Source of the DNA: Anaerolineales bacterium
GTDB lineage: Bacteria; Chloroflexota; Anaerolineae; Anaerolineales; RBG-16-64-43
DNA: 64,000 nt
Reading direction: 5' to 3'
Assembly: GCA_049511715.1 (NCBI GenBank)
Contig: JBEKXU010000007.1
Location: 94,592-158,591, forward strand
Below the pieces are notes generated by a model. That model did no database searches and was not told the origin of the DNA. It was given only the letters and a program-made list of their open reading frames with translations. A program made the translations under genes and the position numbers. Of this stretch, positions 60,428-64,000 are shown piece by piece. Each line of letters opens with the position of its first letter. Within the stretch, counting starts at the first letter, position 1.

Positions 60428-61570
60428 ATGAATTCCGTTCAGCAGGTCGAAACTTTCGCACGGATCAAAGTGGTGGGCGTGGGCGGCGGAGGCCAAAACG
60501 CCGTCAATCGAATGCTGGCCGAAGGGCTTTCGGGGATCGAGTTCATCTCCGTCAACACGGATGCCCAGGCCCTGCTGCTCGCCAACGCCCCCATGCGGGT
60601 GCGAATCGGGGAGAAGAGCACGCGCGGGCTGGGCGCGGGCGGGAACCCCGAAGTGGGCCGCAAGGCAGCCGAAGAGTCCGCCGAAGAACTGTACGAGGTG
60701 ATCAAGGGAGCCGACATGGTGTTTATCACCGGGGGCATGGGCGGCGGCACCGGGACGGGCGCGGCTCCCATTGTGGCTCAGATCGCCAAGGAGATTGGGG
60801 CCCTCACCATCGGAGTGGTGACCCGCCCGTTTACCTTCGAAGGAACCCGGCGGGCCCAGACCGCGGAAGGGGGGATTGCCAAACTCAAGGAGCATGTCGA
60901 TACCTTGATTGTGATTCCCAATGACCGCCTGCTCCAGCTTGTGGAAAAGAAGGCCAGCTTGCAAGATTCTTTCCGGCTGGCCGACGATGTGCTGCGCCAG
61001 GGGATTCAGGGGATCTCCGAACTGATCACGGTCCCCGGCCTCATCAACCTCGACTTTGCCGATGTGCGTGCCATCATGTCGGAGGGTGGAGCCGCCCTCA
61101 TGGCGGTGGGCCGCGGCTCGGGTGACGACCGGGCGCGCAAGGCGGCCGAGCAAGCCATCTCCAGCCAACTGCTCGACATCACGATCGATGGCGCGCGCGG
61201 GATTCTCTTCAATGTCACCGGAGGATCAGACCTGAGCCTGTTCGAAGTGAATGAGGCCGCCGCGATCATCAAGGAAACGGCCCATCCGGACGTCAACTTG
61301 ATCTTCGGAGCCGTGATTGACCCGAGCTTGGCGGATGAGGTACGAATCACGGTGATCGCCACGGGCTTTGAGCGAAACGCCATGCCGCGCCGCCTGGAGC
61401 GGGCCACCCCGCGCACCGCGGCGGCCCGGCCCGGATTTGGCTCCAGCCCGGCCCGAGTTGAGGGAAGAGAGATGCGGATGGCCTCCGTCCCTGAGCTGGC
61501 CCAGCGGCCTCAGCCCGTTGCGGTCGAGGACTTGGACGTCCCGGCTTTCCTGCGACGGGGCCGATCTTAG
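60428..61570 (+). CDS. ftsZ: Cell division protein FtsZ
   Basis: [31 protein letters not shown]-terminal DLDVPAFLR. Confidence 0.98.
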   Translation: MNSVQQVETFARIKVVGVGGGGQNAVNRMLAEGLSGIEFISVNTDAQALLLANAPMRVRIGEKSTRGLGAGGNPEVGRKAAEESAEELYEVIKGADMVFITGGMGGGTGTGAAPIVAQIAKEIGALTIGVVTRPFTFEGTRRAQTAEGGIAKLKEHVDTLIVIPNDRLLQLVEKKASLQDSFRLADDVLRQGIQGISELITVPGLINLDFADVRAIMSEGGAALMAVGRGSGDDRARKAAEQAISSQLLDITIDGARGILFNVTGGSDLSLFEVNEAAAIIKETAHPDVNLIFGAVIDPSLADEVRITVIATGFERNAMPRRLERATPRTAAARPGFGSSPARVEGREMRMASVPELAQRPQPVAVEDLDVPAFLRRGRS

Positions 61571-61759
61571 GCGCATCCCGGACCAACGTTGCCCCAGGGG
61601 GTCGGCGGTGAAGCGAATGCGTGCCTCCGCCCGATTGGGTGCTTCCAAAAGTGTCGATGAGCATCGGCTCAGCCTGGCCTCTCCTCCTCCGGGCCCTGAG
61701 TCCCTGCTCTTCTATCACCGGCGGCTCTGAGCCTTCTCTCGCTCAGGGGTGTCGCGGCG

Positions 61760-61804
61760 GATTCTCCCCAGCGCGCAAGGATTTGCGCTGGGGAGAATCG
61801 CTTT
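61760..61804 (+). terminator. Strong hairpin downstream of ftsZ (probable terminator or stabiliser)
   Basis: Perfect 15-bp stem GATTCTCCCCAGCGC / GCGCTGGGGAGAATC; only a short T run follows. Confidence 0.55.
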
Positions 61805-61929
61805 AAGGAGACGACCCCGGGCGCCGGCGGCTCGCCTGGGCCGCAGCTCTTGTCCCTCGAGCCCGCGCCCTGCGGCGGGACCGGAGCAGGCGGCAGGGAA
61901 GCAGTTACAATGAACTCGGAGAAACCCAG

Positions 61930-63327
61930 TTGATCGAGCAGCTCCGTCAGTGGATCACGGCCAACCAGGCTCTAATCTATTTTGCCTACGGCCAAGTCTT
62001 TTTCGTCCTGGGCTTAGCAATCGCTTTGCAGTCGCGCAGATACTCGCGCCTGCAACTGGCCAGGTCCCTGCCCTGGCTCGCGACCTTTGGCATCAGCCAT
62101 GGATTGAATGAGTGGGGCGCGCTGTTCATCCCGATCCAAAGCGCTTTTCTCCGGCCCGTCGCGGTGACGGGGTTGCAGGCGTTTCAGCTGCTGCTGATCG
62201 TGGTCTCCTATTTCGCGCTGTTCCAGTTTGGAATTGACTTGTTGCGCCCCTTTCCAAAGGGACGAGGCTGGCTTGTGGGGGTGCCCCTGGGTTTTCTGGC
62301 CCTGTGGGCGCTCCTGTTCTATGGGCTCTGTTCCCGCTCGGCGCAAGACTTGAGCAGCTGGCATGCCGTGGGGGAGGCCCTCTCGCGATACCTGCTCGGG
62401 TTTCCAGGAGCCATGCTGGCCGCCTTCAGCCTGCGGCATCAGGGGAACCTGCGTATTCAACCCCTGGAATTGCCTCACATTTATCGCACCTTGCGGGTTG
62501 CGGGCTGGGCGCTGGTTGCCTACGCGTTTCTTGGGGGCTTGGTCCCTTCCCCCGCGCCTTTCTTCCCTGCCAATGTTTTGAATTCCACGCTTTTCTCGCA
62601 GGTGCTAGTGTTTCCCCCTCCCGTGTTCCGCTCTTTGGCCGGCCTGGTCCTGACATTGGCGATGATCCGGGCCATGGAGGTCTTCCAAGTGGAAACCGAT
62701 CGTCTAGTCCAACGCATGGAGCGGGGAGAGGTTGCCGCGGTCGAGCGGGAGAGGATCGGTCGCGACCTTCACGATGGCGCCCTTCAGCGGGTATATGCCG
62801 CCGGACTCCTGGCCCAATCAATGCGCCGGAAGGCTCAGGGGGACCTCGCGAGCGAGTTGGATACACTGGTTTCCTCCCTCAGCCAAGCCATCGCAGAACT
62901 GAGGGAGTTTCTGGGCGGGGTCCGCCCAGCCGAGCCGGCGGGGGATTTGGTCAGTTCGCTGGAAGTGATCATAGGAGAGGCCCGACGCGCCTCCGGTGCG
63001 GAGGTGGGCTGGAGGTATCAGGGCAGGCCACGGCTTGCCCCGGACCGGATTGCCCACTTGGTTGCATTTGGGAGGGAAGCTCTCTCCAATGCGGCGCGGC
63101 ACGCGCAGGCCGACCTGATCGAGGTCGATCTGGAAGTGAAGGGCGACAAGGTTCAATTTCGCGTGCAGGACGATGGGATCGGCTTGCCGAAGAACCCGAG
63201 CGAGGGATACGGGCTGCGCAACATGCGGGATCGGGCTCGGCTCCTGGGAGGGATCTTGGCGATCGAGCCCCGCCAACCCAAGGGAACGGCGGTGACGCTC
63301 GAGATCCCTTTGGAGCCCAGGACATGA
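61930..63327 (+). CDS. Membrane sensor histidine kinase (HisKA_3/NarX-like) with multi-TM N-terminal domain
   Basis: About 7 hydrophobic segments; ERERIGRDLHDG H-box, EALSNAARHA, DDGIG, GYGLRNMRDRA. Confidence 0.92.
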   Translation: MIEQLRQWITANQALIYFAYGQVFFVLGLAIALQSRRYSRLQLARSLPWLATFGISHGLNEWGALFIPIQSAFLRPVAVTGLQAFQLLLIVVSYFALFQFGIDLLRPFPKGRGWLVGVPLGFLALWALLFYGLCSRSAQDLSSWHAVGEALSRYLLGFPGAMLAAFSLRHQGNLRIQPLELPHIYRTLRVAGWALVAYAFLGGLVPSPAPFFPANVLNSTLFSQVLVFPPPVFRSLAGLVLTLAMIRAMEVFQVETDRLVQRMERGEVAAVERERIGRDLHDGALQRVYAAGLLAQSMRRKAQGDLASELDTLVSSLSQAIAELREFLGGVRPAEPAGDLVSSLEVIIGEARRASGAEVGWRYQGRPRLAPDRIAHLVAFGREALSNAARHAQADLIEVDLEVKGDKVQFRVQDDGIGLPKNPSEGYGLRNMRDRARLLGGILAIEPRQPKGTAVTLEIPLEPRT

Positions 63328-63986
63328 GCGCCATTCGGCTGGTCATTGTGGACGACCACCAGGTCGTGCGCATGGGACTCAAGGCTCTGCTGGGGGTCGA
63401 AGCCGACCTCCAGATCGTGGCCGAGGCGGGGAATGCCCGAGAGGCATTGCTTGAAGTTGAGCGCAATCGGCCTGATGTGGCAATCCTGGACGTTCGCCTG
63501 CCCGGGCCCAGCGGTCTGGAGCTCTGCCGCCAGATCCGTGAACGCTACCCTTTGACCCGGGTGGTCATGCTCACCTCGTATGCAAGCGAAGCTTTTATCT
63601 TCGAAGCGCTGCGGGCAGGTGCCTCAGGGTATGTTCTCAAAGAGGTGCGTGGGGAAGAGCTGGTTCGGGCGATACGAGCTGCAGCCCGAGGGGAAATGGG
63701 GATGGACCCTCAGGTCACAATGCGCATGGCGGAGCGCCTCAAGAAACTGGAGAAGCGCGAGGAAGCCGATGCTTTCCGCGACCTGAGCCAACGGGAGCTG
63801 CAGGTGCTGGCCCTGGTCGCGCGTGGCCAGGGCAACCGTCAGATCGGCGAGGATCTGGGCCTCAGCGAGGTGACCGTGCGAAACTACGTGAGCACCATGC
63901 TGGAAAAGCTGGCCCTTCGCAACCGGGTGGAACTGGCGACCTACGCGGTCCAGAACCGGATCTTTGAAAAGTTCAACTCGGAGTGA
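63324..63986 (+). CDS. NarL/LuxR-family response regulator
   Basis: IVDDH.VVR.GL, DV.LP, GA.GYVLK, LS.RE..VL...G..N..I...L..S..TV; ATGA overlap with the kinase. Confidence 0.95.
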   Translation: MSAIRLVIVDDHQVVRMGLKALLGVEADLQIVAEAGNAREALLEVERNRPDVAILDVRLPGPSGLELCRQIRERYPLTRVVMLTSYASEAFIFEALRAGASGYVLKEVRGEELVRAIRAAARGEMGMDPQVTMRMAERLKKLEKREEADAFRDLSQRELQVLALVARGQGNRQIGEDLGLSEVTVRNYVSTMLEKLALRNRVELATYAVQNRIFEKFNSE

Positions 63987-64000
63987 CCCCTGGAAAGAAG

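Noticed and set aside
62304-63323. 560-aa ORF suggesting a long N-terminal extension on the response regulator
   Set aside because: The upstream part overlaps the kinase in another frame and is low-complexity. The regulator starts at ATG 63324, coupled to the kinase stop.

Overview
GC-rich bacterial chromosome segment, most likely Chloroflexota (Anaerolineae-like). This is inferred from gene order and lineage-typical proteins, not from a database search. Layout: mfd (partial) and pth; a visibly more AT-rich accessory patch (~3.6-9.6 kb) of oxidoreductase genes, several of them broken; a complete IS21-family element (9725-12268, 5-bp target duplication) inserted into the 5' end of hemW; GGPP synthase, fni and acpP; the nusA-ylxR-infB-rbfA-nrnA-truB-ribF-thyX operon; osmC, scpA and mutL; the rpmB/asp23-fakA-degV-degV-recG-coaD cluster; a tandem LysM-M23 lipoprotein locus; rnpB; a dcw cluster from mraZ to ftsZ that lacks murE; and a NarX/NarL-type two-component pair. 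The most notable observations are four. (1) The LysM-M23 locus has one catalytically intact copy, one copy missing two His ligands, and a full-length fossil third copy hidden in an apparently empty 1.5-kb gap. (2) The IS21 right end supplies an in-frame ATG that could rescue hemW. (3) A tandem-domain thyX appears to start at ATT. (4) A small uncharacterised protein is embedded in the dcw operon. I found no CRISPR array, intact tRNA/rRNA gene or defence system, and I cannot claim a clearly new system from sequence alone.
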